Sequence record: SRR31156797_2194
DNA: 45,697 nucleotides
Reading direction: 5' to 3' (one strand)
This document shows positions 18,404 to 28,579 of the stretch, piece after piece. The notes under the pieces are model-generated. The model did not search any database, was not told where the DNA came from, and was given only the letters and a program-made list of their open reading frames with translations. Within the stretch, counting starts at the first letter, position 1, and each line of letters opens with the position of its first letter. The position numbers and the translations under genes are program-made.

Positions 18404-21400
18404 CTACATATGATCTATATCATGAATTTCGTATTTGTACTCTTTGAAATTAACTCTATAGAATAATGAGAACATTATAGGTAAAATTACTAATACTATT
18501 AAAATGATTCCTGCAAGTCCTGCCATCATAACAACTGCCATAGTTGAGAACAGAGGCCCTCCAGTTAACCATAATGGAATTAATCCACAAATAGTTGTCG
18601 CAGTAGTTAAGAAAATTGGTCTAAATCTTGCTTGAGCTGATTCAACAATTGCTTCATGCAGATCTGCTCCATTTTCCATCTCTATATTAATTCTATCCAT
18701 TAACACTATAGCTGTATTAATTGTAATTCCCATTAATGCAATTAACCCTAACATTGGCATAAATCCAAATGTTCTTCCAGTGATAAATAGAATTAATGCT
18801 ACCGGTATCATAATAAACGGTACAATCGAGAATATTACTCCAACTTTCATATATGAGTTGAACTGCATTATAAGTAATAGAAGGATGATCATTCCTGCAA
18901 TTGGAAGAACTGCTGTAATTGAATCGATACTTTCAGTTGTTGTTTCAAGTTCTCCACCAATTTCATATGAATATCCATAGCCCCAGTTTTCTTTTTCCTG
19001 ATCTAACCAAGGTACAATTTCTGAATTGATTATATCAATAGCGTTATAACCATTCATCAAGTCAGATGTAACTGTTATTGTTCTAAATCTATCTTCTCTG
19101 TAGATAACAGAAGGTTCCCATTCAAATCTCATATCAGCAACTTGACTAAGGTTTGTTGAATCTCCTGATGTTAGTGCATATATTTTTGATGTTTTAATAT
19201 CATCTAATTTATTTGATTGACCCTCTTTTGATTTAAGTACAATCGGAACTAAGTCACTTCCTTCTCTAAACTGACTTACAGGATATCCATCAATCATTGT
19301 ATATAATGATCCTGCTACATCTTGTGACGTTAATCCGGCTTTTCTTGCTTTAGCCTGATTAATATCTACTACAACTTTTTTAGATTTAAGTCCCCAATCA
19401 TCTGATATATTTTTAGTTCCTTCAATTGTTTTGACTTTCTCTTTAACTTGAGCAACGATATCATAAAGTTTATTTATATCTCTTCCTAATATTCTAATTT
19501 GAACAGGTTTTCCTACAGGAGGTCCCATCTCTAATCTGTTAAGTGAAATGTCAATTTCAGGAAATCTATTATATGCAAATTCTTCAACTTTAGGAATTAT
19601 CTCATCAATAACTTGACCTGAAGTAGTATTAACAAGCATAAATGCATATTCAGGTGACGATAATTCAGGTGTAAATGATAAATAGAATCTAGGAGCACTT
19701 TCTCCTATAAAAGTTCCCCAGTTTAGAACTCCCTCTTCTGCATATTTCTCTACAGTTCCACCTGTCATTATTTTTTCTAATAAACTTGGCTCTAATTTAT
19801 TTGCTTCTACTTTTAACTCCTTCTCGAAAAATGCATCAATTTCCTCCATTACTGCTTCTGTTTTTTGAATTGATGTTCCTCCAGGGAATTTAATTTCAGC
19901 AGTCATAACTGCTTTATCTGATTCGGGCATAAATACAAATGGTACTTGCCCCATTAATTTCATTCCAAAAAAGAAAGTTACTAATAAAATTCCTAAAGAT
20001 ATATATTTATTCTTTAATGAAGTTACTAAGAAACCTCTATAAATTCTATAAAATGGTGAGTCAAATTTCTCCTCTTTCTTTTCAACTTTTAGGAAAAGAA
20101 CACATAATAAAGGAATCAATGTTAAAGAAAGTAACCAAGAACATAAAAGTGTCATTGATACTACTTGGAACAGTGATAAACAAAATTCACCAACATCTGA
20201 TTTTGCAAGTGCTATTGGTAAAAACGCACTACAAGTTGTAAGTGATGAAATTAATAATGGAAGTACAAGTTCACTTGAAGACTCAATTGCTGCAGTCTCA
20301 GGATCTTTACCATGTTCCATTTTAACCATTATACTTTCTGATACAACTATAGAGTTATCTACCAGCATCCCAAGGGCAATTATCAGTGCAGCCAGAGATA
20401 CTTGCTCTACCATTACACCAAATGTTGACATCAACAGGAACGTAACCATAATTATTACAGGTATCATTGCCGCTACTATAATTCCCGTTCTAAGTCCAAG
20501 GAATACAAGTAGTACAACCATAACTGTTACTATACTTTGAATAAGTGATGCAGCAAAACTATTTACTTTATTTTCAACCAGTTTTGGTTGGAAGGAAATA
20601 AGTTCTGTATCTATCCCTATAGGAGTTATCTCTTTAAAGTAATTTAATTTTTCTTTAATTGATTCTCCTAAATCAATTATATTTCCACCATCTTTCATTG
20701 AAATAGCTATTGCAAGAGATGGTTTATTACTTACTTTTATCTTAGAAGATGCTGGATCTACATACCCTCTTGTAATCTCAGCTATATCTTCAAGATAAAA
20801 CAACATATTTGAATTAGGAACACTAATAACTGTTCTTTTTAAATCCTCAATTGTATTAAAGTTTCCAGATGGTTCTAAAGATAAAATCTCACTATCAACA
20901 TACACATCTCCACCAGGAATTACTATATTTGTTGCCGCTAAGATAGCCTGTAATTGATATGGTGATAATCCTATTTCAGCTAATTTATCATTTTTATACT
21001 CAATAAATATTTGTTCTTCCTGAGTTCCAATTATATCTACTTTCGCTACATTAGAAATCGTTAAAAATTCATCTTTCATCATTGTAGCTATATCATCAAG
21101 CTCTTTGTATGAAAAATCTTCTCCACTTACTCCAACTATCGTTCCAAATACATCTCCAAATTCATCATTTACGAATGGTCCTATAGCACTTGTAGGAAGG
21201 GAGATAGCACTTACTTTTCTTCTAAGTTTATCCCAAATCGGCTGCATATCATCGTATTCATTACTTACCTGAACTGTTACCATTGAAAATCCATTTTTAC
21301 TTGTACTTGATATTTCATCTATTTCAGGCATAGTATTTAGTGCCTCTTCTATTTTGTCGGTCACTAATTCTTCTACTCTCTGTGGACTACCACCAGGAAA

Positions 21401-21550
21401 ATATGTTACAACAATCGCTGCCCTAATTGTAAATCCCGGATCCTCAGCTTTTGGCATAGAATTATATGATAATATTCCTCCCAAAACAGCTAAGAATATA
21501 ATAGTAAATGATACTACTTTATTCTTCAAAGCTAATTCAGTTAACTTCAT
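18404..21550 (-). CDS. RND efflux permease (AcrB/AcrD/AcrF family)
   Basis: 1048 aa; RVEELVTDKIEE, GMLVDNSIVVSE, RFRPIFLT; 12-TM layout with two large periplasmic loops. Confidence 0.95.
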   Translation of the reverse strand: MKLTELALKNKVVSFTIIFLAVLGGILSYNSMPKAEDPGFTIRAAIVVTYFPGGSPQRVEELVTDKIEEALNTMPEIDEISSTSKNGFSMVTVQVSNEYDDMQPIWDKLRRKVSAISLPTSAIGPFVNDEFGDVFGTIVGVSGEDFSYKELDDIATMMKDEFLTISNVAKVDIIGTQEEQIFIEYKNDKLAEIGLSPYQLQAILAATNIVIPGGDVYVDSEILSLEPSGNFNTIEDLKRTVISVPNSNMLFYLEDIAEITRGYVDPASSKIKVSNKPSLAIAISMKDGGNIIDLGESIKEKLNYFKEITPIGIDTELISFQPKLVENKVNSFAASLIQSIVTVMVVLLVFLGLRTGIIVAAMIPVIIMVTFLLMSTFGVMVEQVSLAALIIALGMLVDNSIVVSESIMVKMEHGKDPETAAIESSSELVLPLLISSLTTCSAFLPIALAKSDVGEFCLSLFQVVSMTLLCSWLLSLTLIPLLCVLFLKVEKKEEKFDSPFYRIYRGFLVTSLKNKYISLGILLVTFFFGMKLMGQVPFVFMPESDKAVMTAEIKFPGGTSIQKTEAVMEEIDAFFEKELKVEANKLEPSLLEKIMTGGTVEKYAEEGVLNWGTFIGESAPRFYLSFTPELSSPEYAFMLVNTTSGQVIDEIIPKVEEFAYNRFPEIDISLNRLEMGPPVGKPVQIRILGRDINKLYDIVAQVKEKVKTIEGTKNISDDWGLKSKKVVVDINQAKARKAGLTSQDVAGSLYTMIDGYPVSQFREGSDLVPIVLKSKEGQSNKLDDIKTSKIYALTSGDSTNLSQVADMRFEWEPSVIYREDRFRTITVTSDLMNGYNAIDIINSEIVPWLDQEKENWGYGYSYEIGGELETTTESIDSITAVLPIAGMIILLLLIMQFNSYMKVGVIFSIVPFIMIPVALILFITGRTFGFMPMLGLIALMGITINTAIVLMDRINIEMENGADLHEAIVESAQARFRPIFLTTATTICGLIPLWLTGGPLFSTMAVVMMAGLAGIILIVLVILPIMFSLFYRVNFKEYKYEIHDIDHM

Positions 21551-22903
21551 CTATTTTACCTCCTCGTATAATCTCACTTTCTGTCCAGGTACTACTCTGC
21601 TTACTCCAGCTGTTACAACTTTCTCGTCTTCCTCTATTCCGGATAATACCTGAATTCTATTATTTACGAGGTCTCCAATTATAATCTCTTTTTTAATTAT
21701 TTCACCTTGATTATTCTCAATTTTTTCAACTACATATACAAATTTTTCCCCTGTACTTGCTTCATTTACTGCTGCTAATGGTAAAGAGATGAAGCTTTCT
21801 TTTTTCTCTGATTTAAGGTTAACTTCTACTGCCATTCCAGCTTTTAATTTTTCATCATTCTTAGTTATATTAACTTTGATTGCATATGTTCCACCAAAAC
21901 CAGTTGCTCTGTTTCCAACTTCCGTTACTACACCCTCTTCAACTAAATCTAATGAAGATACAACAACAGTTGCTTTATCACCAATTTTGATTTGATTAAT
22001 TGCTGATTCAGATACGTATATTTCAGCTTCTAATTCATCTCCAGCATCTAATCTAAATACCGGATACCCAGCTCCAACATTTTCATTTACTTCTGTCATT
22101 TGAAGAGCAATTGTACCTGCTAGAGGGGCTCTTAATTCTGCATATGAAAGTTGCAATTCTGCTAATTCAACTTGTTTTTCAACTGATTGTTTTTGAGCTA
22201 ATGCAGCTTCTTTTCCAGCTTTTGCTTGTTCTAGTAGAGCTGCTGCCTGATCTTGCTGTGCTTCTGTTTGAGCATAGACTGCTTTTGCTTGAGCAATCGC
22301 CGCTGCTGCCTGATCCACAGCAGAATTAGCTTGTTCTAATCCTGACTTTGCACTATCATAGATATTTTGTGCAATATTATCATTTAAGTATAACTCTTTA
22401 TATCTTTCAAACTCTTTTCTAGTATTTTCCTGTACAGATACCGCTCTTGCATGTGCTGCTGTTGCTTGGTCAATAGCTGATTGTGCTTGTAAAACTCCTG
22501 TCTTTGCTTGTGCTATTCCTGTCTTTGCTTCAGCAATTTTTGAATCAACCTGACTTATAGAAGCATTTACCTGCTCAAGAGCTGCCTCAGCCTGTTGCAT
22601 TTGAAGCTTATAACCACTTCTATCTAATTCAGCTAACAGTTGACCTTTTTTAACTGAATCTCCAAATTTAACATGTACTCTTTCAATTGTTCCAGGTATC
22701 TTGAAACTTAAGTTTGATTCCACTGCTGGCTTTAAAGAACCTGAAAATCTTAAACTTGCTCTATTTTCATTTAAAGTTGTTTCCTCATATTTTACCATTC
22801 TAATTATTTCTTTTTCCTGAGTTACTTCTTCTTTCCCACATGCAACTAATAATGCCGCTGCTATTAATACAAATGCTAGTTTTTTGAATCTGAATTTATT
22901 CAT
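21551..22903 (-). CDS. RND periplasmic adaptor (MFP) lipoprotein with long helical hairpin
   Basis: Lipobox LVAC, VKFGDSVKKGQLLA, LRAPLAG, Ala/Gln-rich coiled coil; start moved to ATG 22903 behind AGGAGG. Confidence 0.92.
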   Translation of the reverse strand: MNKFRFKKLAFVLIAAALLVACGKEEVTQEKEIIRMVKYEETTLNENRASLRFSGSLKPAVESNLSFKIPGTIERVHVKFGDSVKKGQLLAELDRSGYKLQMQQAEAALEQVNASISQVDSKIAEAKTGIAQAKTGVLQAQSAIDQATAAHARAVSVQENTRKEFERYKELYLNDNIAQNIYDSAKSGLEQANSAVDQAAAAIAQAKAVYAQTEAQQDQAAALLEQAKAGKEAALAQKQSVEKQVELAELQLSYAELRAPLAGTIALQMTEVNENVGAGYPVFRLDAGDELEAEIYVSESAINQIKIGDKATVVVSSLDLVEEGVVTEVGNRATGFGGTYAIKVNITKNDEKLKAGMAVEVNLKSEKKESFISLPLAAVNEASTGEKFVYVVEKIENNQGEIIKKEIIIGDLVNNRIQVLSGIEEDEKVVTAGVSRVVPGQKVRLYEEVK

Positions 22904-23059
22904 TTTGGATTTTCCTCCTATTTTAAATTTAACTACAATGAACGTTATAAATCTTAGCACAATCGATCAGAATTACTAATGCTTTAATAGCTTTTCTTGA
23001 GAAGTATTATGCTGTAGATTTGTTCGTTCATTATAATTAAATACTAATATTAATTTTTT

Positions 23060-25489
23060 TTATAAACTTTCGCTGATTTTCCCTAACTCATCTGCTACTG
23101 TCGCTCTATCTGATTCCGATCTAAAGATAAAGTAACTTCCAACTGCTCTCTCTGCTCTCATAATAGCAGCCATCAAATCATACATAACAGTTGATTTATA
23201 TTGATTAGCTGATATAGATGCTGTTTGTGCATCTAATAAGTCAGCTACGGATGCCACTCCCTCTTGATATGCATCTTTTACTAAATCAAAAGCTTTGTCT
23301 GCAGCATTCGCTGAAATTTCTGCATTTTTGATTTTTGAGTATTCAGATACTATTTGAAGTGTATATGAGATTACTTTTTGCTCAAGTACCTTTTTAAGTC
23401 CTTCTTTTTGATGCTCTAGTGTATTTACTTCACTTTGAGCAATTTCTCTATCTGCTTGTAATTCTCCTCCGGAATAAAGTGGTAAACTAAAGCCTACTCC
23501 TATACTCCAATCATTTTCATCAGGATCACCAAATGCATCTACAATTCCGCTTAATGCACTTCCAACTCCCGGATAAGCACTATCCAGAGCAGTTAAACCT
23601 GAGTAATCAGCTGATTCAGAACCTTCCCCTTCAGCAATAATATTATTAATCGTAAATTGTGCTTGAAGTGCTACAGTTGGCATATACCTTTTATTTCTAG
23701 TATTTTGAACAACTCTTTCATAAATATTTACACCACTCTCTATTTGTGCAATTTCAGGTGAAAGCTCATGCGATTTTATAACCATATATTTAATTAAAGC
23801 ATCTACTTTAGTTTGGTTAGATATATATTCCAATGTTCCTTCATCACTTGTCATTAAATATTCACTGTCAAGTGACATTAACTCAATATCAATATCTTGA
23901 GTTAAATCATAATTTATGATTCTTTTTAAGTTTGTTTTAGCCATATCAACATTTAGCATTGCACTGATTAATCCAGTAACACTATTAGCTAATTGACTTT
24001 CCCATCTATATATATCAGCCGGACCTGAAATTCCTGCTGCTTTTCTTCCTTTTGCTAATTCTAAATTTTGTTTTGTCATTTCTAAATTTTGTTTTTGAAT
24101 TCTTGCATATGCTTCAGCTTTTAGAACAGTAAAATATGCTTCAGAAGCTTCTAATATTAAGTCTAATTTAGATTGCTCATATTCAGCTTTTTTCATTTTC
24201 TTTTGCTCTTTTTTTACATCAACATTCATGTTTGCATCTTCGCTGAATATTACTTGTGTTAATGAAACTCCTGCTGACAGTGTTTGTTCTGCCGGTGTTA
24301 ATAAACTCTCAGCTCTATCTTGATCTATTACTAGTGCTGTTGCACTTGCCTCTATATCAGGTTTATAATTAGATTTTGCTTTTTTTATTTGCAGGTCAGT
24401 CTCTCCAACTTCTTCTTTTAGTGCATTTAGAATTGGATTATTTTCAACTGATGTTTCTATTACTTCTTTTAAGTTAAGAGCCATTGGTGAATCTTCTTCT
24501 GATTCAAAGTTAATTAGTTTCGAATCAGCTATTACATCCCAACTTGGCCAAATTCCAGTTTCTTCAATAACTTTCATATTAATTACTAATTCTGGTTTTG
24601 CTGCTTTTACAGCTACTTGTAACTCCTCTACTTTATCTCCATCTTTTGCCAATGACATATTTACAGCCATTGCTCTAATTCTTTTTCTGGCTTCTTTTTC
24701 ATATGAATGTCCTGCTAAGATTCCAAGATCCATATCTCCAGTTCCTAACATAGAGTAACTAGGGGTTTTATTTTCATTTAAATAATCTAAAATTGTTGTT
24801 AATTCACCGGGAGTGACTCTTCTAATTGGTGCAATCGCAACTGCTTCAGCTGCTTCAATTTGACTTAAGACTCCATCAATATTTGATGATTCTACTTCTA
24901 CAAATTCAAATTCTAAATCAATATCGTTTGCTTTTATGTAATTAGCAAATATCTCATCAAGATCAGGAATAACTTCCATTATTTCTTTTCCTATTAAAAT
25001 AGTTAATTTTTTAAAATCCTTGATTTTTCGAAAATTTTCTATTTCTGTTTTTATATCAAGATTTGTGACAATATAGTTTAAATTTTTAATACCAGATGAT
25101 TTTTGATTATTCAGAGTTAATCTCGCATTATTAATTATAAATGGTGCATATACCGGCTTAGACAAGTTTCTTTTCTCAATGGCAATATATGAAGAAAGAA
25201 CTCCTCCAGCTATAACAGCATCAACCTCATCATCAGCTAATAATTGATCCATTTTCTCTGAAATATCTTCCCTATTAAAACTATCGATTAGTTTTTTCTC
25301 ATCTGGAAAGACAATGTCATATTTACTCCCCATAAGATTTAAAATCTCAGTTTTAATTTCCTTTTCTAAATAACTATTTTCTCTTGTTTCTCCATCATAT
25401 ACTACCCCTAATACAATTTTTTCTTTCTCTTGTGAGAAAGCTGAAATTGAAATTAATAAGAGTAATAGTAATGATATCGTTTTCTTCAT
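23060..25489 (-). CDS. TolC-family outer-membrane factor with N-terminal periplasmic binding-protein-like domain
   Basis: Signal peptide; C-terminal ~470 aa with two OEP repeats (NYKPDI, EAYFTVL, FSLPLYSGG, YQEGVASVADLLDAQ); extra ~330-aa alpha/beta N-terminus. Confidence 0.85.
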   Translation of the reverse strand: MKKTISLLLLLLISISAFSQEKEKIVLGVVYDGETRENSYLEKEIKTEILNLMGSKYDIVFPDEKKLIDSFNREDISEKMDQLLADDEVDAVIAGGVLSSYIAIEKRNLSKPVYAPFIINNARLTLNNQKSSGIKNLNYIVTNLDIKTEIENFRKIKDFKKLTILIGKEIMEVIPDLDEIFANYIKANDIDLEFEFVEVESSNIDGVLSQIEAAEAVAIAPIRRVTPGELTTILDYLNENKTPSYSMLGTGDMDLGILAGHSYEKEARKRIRAMAVNMSLAKDGDKVEELQVAVKAAKPELVINMKVIEETGIWPSWDVIADSKLINFESEEDSPMALNLKEVIETSVENNPILNALKEEVGETDLQIKKAKSNYKPDIEASATALVIDQDRAESLLTPAEQTLSAGVSLTQVIFSEDANMNVDVKKEQKKMKKAEYEQSKLDLILEASEAYFTVLKAEAYARIQKQNLEMTKQNLELAKGRKAAGISGPADIYRWESQLANSVTGLISAMLNVDMAKTNLKRIINYDLTQDIDIELMSLDSEYLMTSDEGTLEYISNQTKVDALIKYMVIKSHELSPEIAQIESGVNIYERVVQNTRNKRYMPTVALQAQFTINNIIAEGEGSESADYSGLTALDSAYPGVGSALSGIVDAFGDPDENDWSIGVGFSLPLYSGGELQADREIAQSEVNTLEHQKEGLKKVLEQKVISYTLQIVSEYSKIKNAEISANAADKAFDLVKDAYQEGVASVADLLDAQTASISANQYKSTVMYDLMAAIMRAERAVGSYFIFRSESDRATVADELGKISESL

Positions 25490-25531
25490 TCTACTCTTTC
25501 CTCCTTATTAAAAAACCATATATTTTTAATT

Positions 25532-25547
25532 TACATTCGTGTATGTA
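25532..25547. promoter_or_regulatory. TetR/AcrR-type operator copy 3
   Basis: TACATTCGTGTATGTA, palindromic TACATnCnnGnATGTA, between tetR and tolC. Confidence 0.7.
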
Positions 25548-25574
25548 TTTATATGTGCGTGAAAAAGCCTATTC

Positions 25575-26186
25575 TTACGGCTTTATAAATTTCACCATAT
25601 TTTCCAATATATCTTGACACTCAAATTTAATACCTTCTGATTTAATTGGAGATAAAGTCATACTTTCATAACCAAATATCCAGCTCATTAATGAAACTGA
25701 TAAAAATTCTGCTGACATATCAGTTCGAATTTCCCCACTTTCTTGCCCGTTCTTCATCACAATCGTAATTTTTTCACGTATTCCTGCTTTAAATTTTCCA
25801 AACAACTCACTAATTTCTTCCGTATCTTCCGTAAAGGATATTTTAAGCTCAACTACTCTTCTGAATTTTAATGTCTCAGGATTATTTAGTATATTATTAA
25901 CATAATTCTCCAAAAGAATTTCTATAGTTCTAATTGGACCAGCGTTATTATCACTTATCTCTTTATAAACTTCATTTAGGAACTGACCAAAATATTTATC
26001 CATTAGTTCTCTTAATATATCGAATTTATTATTGAAATGCCAATAGATTGCTCCTCTAGTTACTCCGGCTTTTTTTGCTATATTACTAAGTGTTGCAGTA
26101 TCATAACTTTTTTCGTCAAAAACTTCTAATGCCGCTCTTAGTATATCCTGTTTTGTTTGCTCAGCTTCTTCTTTAGTTCTTCTCAT
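25575..26186 (-). CDS. TetR/AcrR family transcriptional repressor
   Basis: MRRTKEEAEQTK, IAKKAGVTRGAIYWHFNNK helix-turn-helix; start moved to ATG 26186 behind GGAGGTG. Confidence 0.93.
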   Translation of the reverse strand: MRRTKEEAEQTKQDILRAALEVFDEKSYDTATLSNIAKKAGVTRGAIYWHFNNKFDILRELMDKYFGQFLNEVYKEISDNNAGPIRTIEILLENYVNNILNNPETLKFRRVVELKISFTEDTEEISELFGKFKAGIREKITIVMKNGQESGEIRTDMSAEFLSVSLMSWIFGYESMTLSPIKSEGIKFECQDILENMVKFIKP

Positions 26187-26208
26187 TTCCCACCTCCAGA
26201 ATTTACCA

Positions 26209-26266
26209 TACATTCATGTATGTAATTTTATACTGATATACTAACATGCACGTATGTATCTGTCAA
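26209..26266 (-). promoter_or_regulatory. tetR promoter with two operators
   Basis: TTGACA (26266-26261)-17-TAGTAT with TG extension; operators TACATTCATGTATGTA (26209-26224) and AACATGCACGTATGTA (26243-26258). Confidence 0.75.
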
Positions 26267-26320
26267 CAATGTTTGTATATTTTTTTCGTCGCCGCAATGC
26301 ACTGAAAATAAAAGAACAAA

Positions 26321-26355
26321 ACACCCATGAATTTAAAAAATAAATTCATGGGTGT
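26321..26355 (-). terminator. terminator at the end of the polA-to-oxidoreductase gene run
   Basis: Perfect 15-bp stem ACACCCATGAATTTA/TAAATTCATGGGTGT with T-rich tail on the minus strand. Confidence 0.75.
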
Positions 26356-26364
26356 ATGTATAAT

Positions 26365-27933
26365 CTATTCATATACTTCTGCGAAGATATTATCTACTAT
26401 TTTTAATCCATCAATAGCAGCACTAACTATTCCTCCTGCATATCCTGCTCCCTCTCCTATCGGGTACAGATTAAATACATTTAGAGATCTTCCCTCTTGA
26501 TCTCTTGTTATTCTAATTGGTGCAGAAGTTCTTGTCTCCGGTGCGATAAAGTTAGCTCTTTCTGAAATAAAATGTTTATTTCTACTCCAGTAATCTAGTG
26601 CTTTATGCATATTTCTATTTATTACATCAGGAAAAAATTCATTTAGATTATGAGAATGAAGTCTCATACCATAACTTGACTCTATTTCCTTTTTTGTTTT
26701 TTTATTTTTCTTATAATCATGCACAGATTGATATAAGCCACCATAATTTCCTATTATTTCATATGTTTGCTTTTCTAATTTTTCCTGAAACTTTAGTCCT
26801 GCAAATAGTTCTGAACCATAGTCCTCTTCTCTTACAGCAACTACTACAGCAGCATTTGAGAATTTTCCATCACGTCCACTATAACTCATTCCATTTACCA
26901 AGCTCATACCCTCTTCAGAAGTTGCATTTACTATCTCTCCACCTGGACACATACAAAATGAGAATACTCCACGTTTCTCTTCTCTATTATTATAGACATA
27001 GTTATATGTAGCAGCTCCAAGATTTGGATGACCGGCAAATTTACCATATTGCATCTTATCTATATCTTCTCTTGGATTTTCTATTCTGGCTCCTACTGCA
27101 AAGTCTTTATTCTCCATAAACACAGCATGTTCATGAAGCATTCTATAAGTATCTCTTGCACTATGGCCAATTCCTAATAGAACATGAGCTACCTCTATTT
27201 TTTCACTATTATTAATCTCTATCTCATTTACTTTGTTATTAACTATCTTGACATCTGTAATTTGAGAATTAAAATAAAACTTTCCACCGGCACTTTTAAT
27301 TTTCTCTCTCAAATTTTTAACTACTTCTTTTAGCACATCTGTACCCACATGAGGTTTATAATGATATAAAATCTCTTCCTGAGCTCCATTTTCAACTAAT
27401 TCAGTAAAGACTTTATTCATATACCCGCTTCTAACTCTGGTAGTAAGTTTCCCGTCCGAATAAGTCCCAGCGCCACCTTCACCAAACTGGATATTAGAAT
27501 TTTTATTTAATTGATCATTTTTATACAAGGCTTCAACAGATTTATCTCTGTTCTCTACATCTTCCCCTCGTTCAAATATAAGAGGCTCATAACCATACTC
27601 AACTAGTCTAAGCGCAGCAAACAAACCTGCTGGTCCTGTTCCCACTACCGCTATCTTTCCTTCTAATTTTTTTGATTTTCTTTTTGCTTCCTGTTTTGAC
27701 ACTGCTTCTTTGCAATTTTTGATTTTACTAATATTCATTTTATTTTTTAGCTCAACAGATAGATTATAGATAAATTTTATATCATTTCTTTTCCTGCTAT
27801 CAATTGATCTTTTAATATATTCAACTTTTATTATATTACTCTTTTTTATTCCTGCTCTTTCAAGATGTTGCAATATTGCTTTATCTTGATTTTTTTCTAC
27901 AGAAATAGTTATATTACTAATCTCTATTTTCAT
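26365..27933 (-). CDS. FAD-dependent dehydrogenase (COG2509-like)
   Basis: VVGTGPAGLFAA, FGEGGAGTYSDGKL, SFCMCPGG, GEGAGYAGGIVSAA. Confidence 0.9.
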   Translation of the reverse strand: MKIEISNITISVEKNQDKAILQHLERAGIKKSNIIKVEYIKRSIDSRKRNDIKFIYNLSVELKNKMNISKIKNCKEAVSKQEAKRKSKKLEGKIAVVGTGPAGLFAALRLVEYGYEPLIFERGEDVENRDKSVEALYKNDQLNKNSNIQFGEGGAGTYSDGKLTTRVRSGYMNKVFTELVENGAQEEILYHYKPHVGTDVLKEVVKNLREKIKSAGGKFYFNSQITDVKIVNNKVNEIEINNSEKIEVAHVLLGIGHSARDTYRMLHEHAVFMENKDFAVGARIENPREDIDKMQYGKFAGHPNLGAATYNYVYNNREEKRGVFSFCMCPGGEIVNATSEEGMSLVNGMSYSGRDGKFSNAAVVVAVREEDYGSELFAGLKFQEKLEKQTYEIIGNYGGLYQSVHDYKKNKKTKKEIESSYGMRLHSHNLNEFFPDVINRNMHKALDYWSRNKHFISERANFIAPETRTSAPIRITRDQEGRSLNVFNLYPIGEGAGYAGGIVSAAIDGLKIVDNIFAEVYE

Positions 27934-27973
27934 TTTATTTTTATCCTTTTATTATAAATTCTTAAATTAAAGC

Positions 27974-28579
27974 TTATAAGAAGTTTTCTTTATAAAATTC
28001 AATAAGTGTTGGGAATTGATCAAAACTTTCTATTTGATGTTCTAAATATCCATATTGTTTTGCTTGCTCTAACATCTTAAAAACTTCTTTTCTTGCTTTT
28101 AATAGTTTATAGTTATTCAATTTCAAAATATCATCTACTGTTTCATTTTTAAATTCATTCAGTTCTGATTTTTTTGATATTATTTCTAAAGTCATCTCGT
28201 CATAAGTAAAATAATCTTTTGGATTCATTTCTACTGGATTTACAAATTTATCACTATATTTATGACCTTTTGTTTCTCCACAACTTTCTTTAGAATTACA
28301 ACATAAACTAAGGTTCATATAGTTTTGAAATTCATTTGAAAATTTAGCCCCTTTAGGTTTTATATGTTCAATATGACTAGAGTTATTATCTAAATCCACT
28401 TTCCTTTCACAATACACACATATATAATTTTCTTTATAACTCTGCTCATTATCACCAACATATTTTTTAATTTTACCTCTAATTCCGTCATTTCTATAAT
28501 CAGCCCAGTTTTTAGGCTTGTACTTCTTTTTATATTTTTTCATAAACTCTGGTTCAATAGTTTTATTAATATTTAGCAC
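27974..28579 (-). CDS. HNH endonuclease, PtuB / TIGR02646-like
   Basis: CVYCE, HIEHIKPK, YMNLSLCC...SCGETKG, then NP...LKLN; probable GTG start at 28579 behind AAAGGTG, overlapping the ATPase stop. Confidence 0.8.
   Translation of the reverse strand: MLNINKTIEPEFMKKYKKKYKPKNWADYRNDGIRGKIKKYVGDNEQSYKENYICVYCERKVDLDNNSSHIEHIKPKGAKFSNEFQNYMNLSLCCNSKESCGETKGHKYSDKFVNPVEMNPKDYFTYDEMTLEIISKKSELNEFKNETVDDILKLNNYKLLKARKEVFKMLEQAKQYGYLEHQIESFDQFPTLIEFYKENFL

Noticed and set aside
22190-22600. Repetitive GCT/TGC-rich DNA
   Set aside because: Explained by the Ala/Gln coiled-coil hairpin of the MFP protein.
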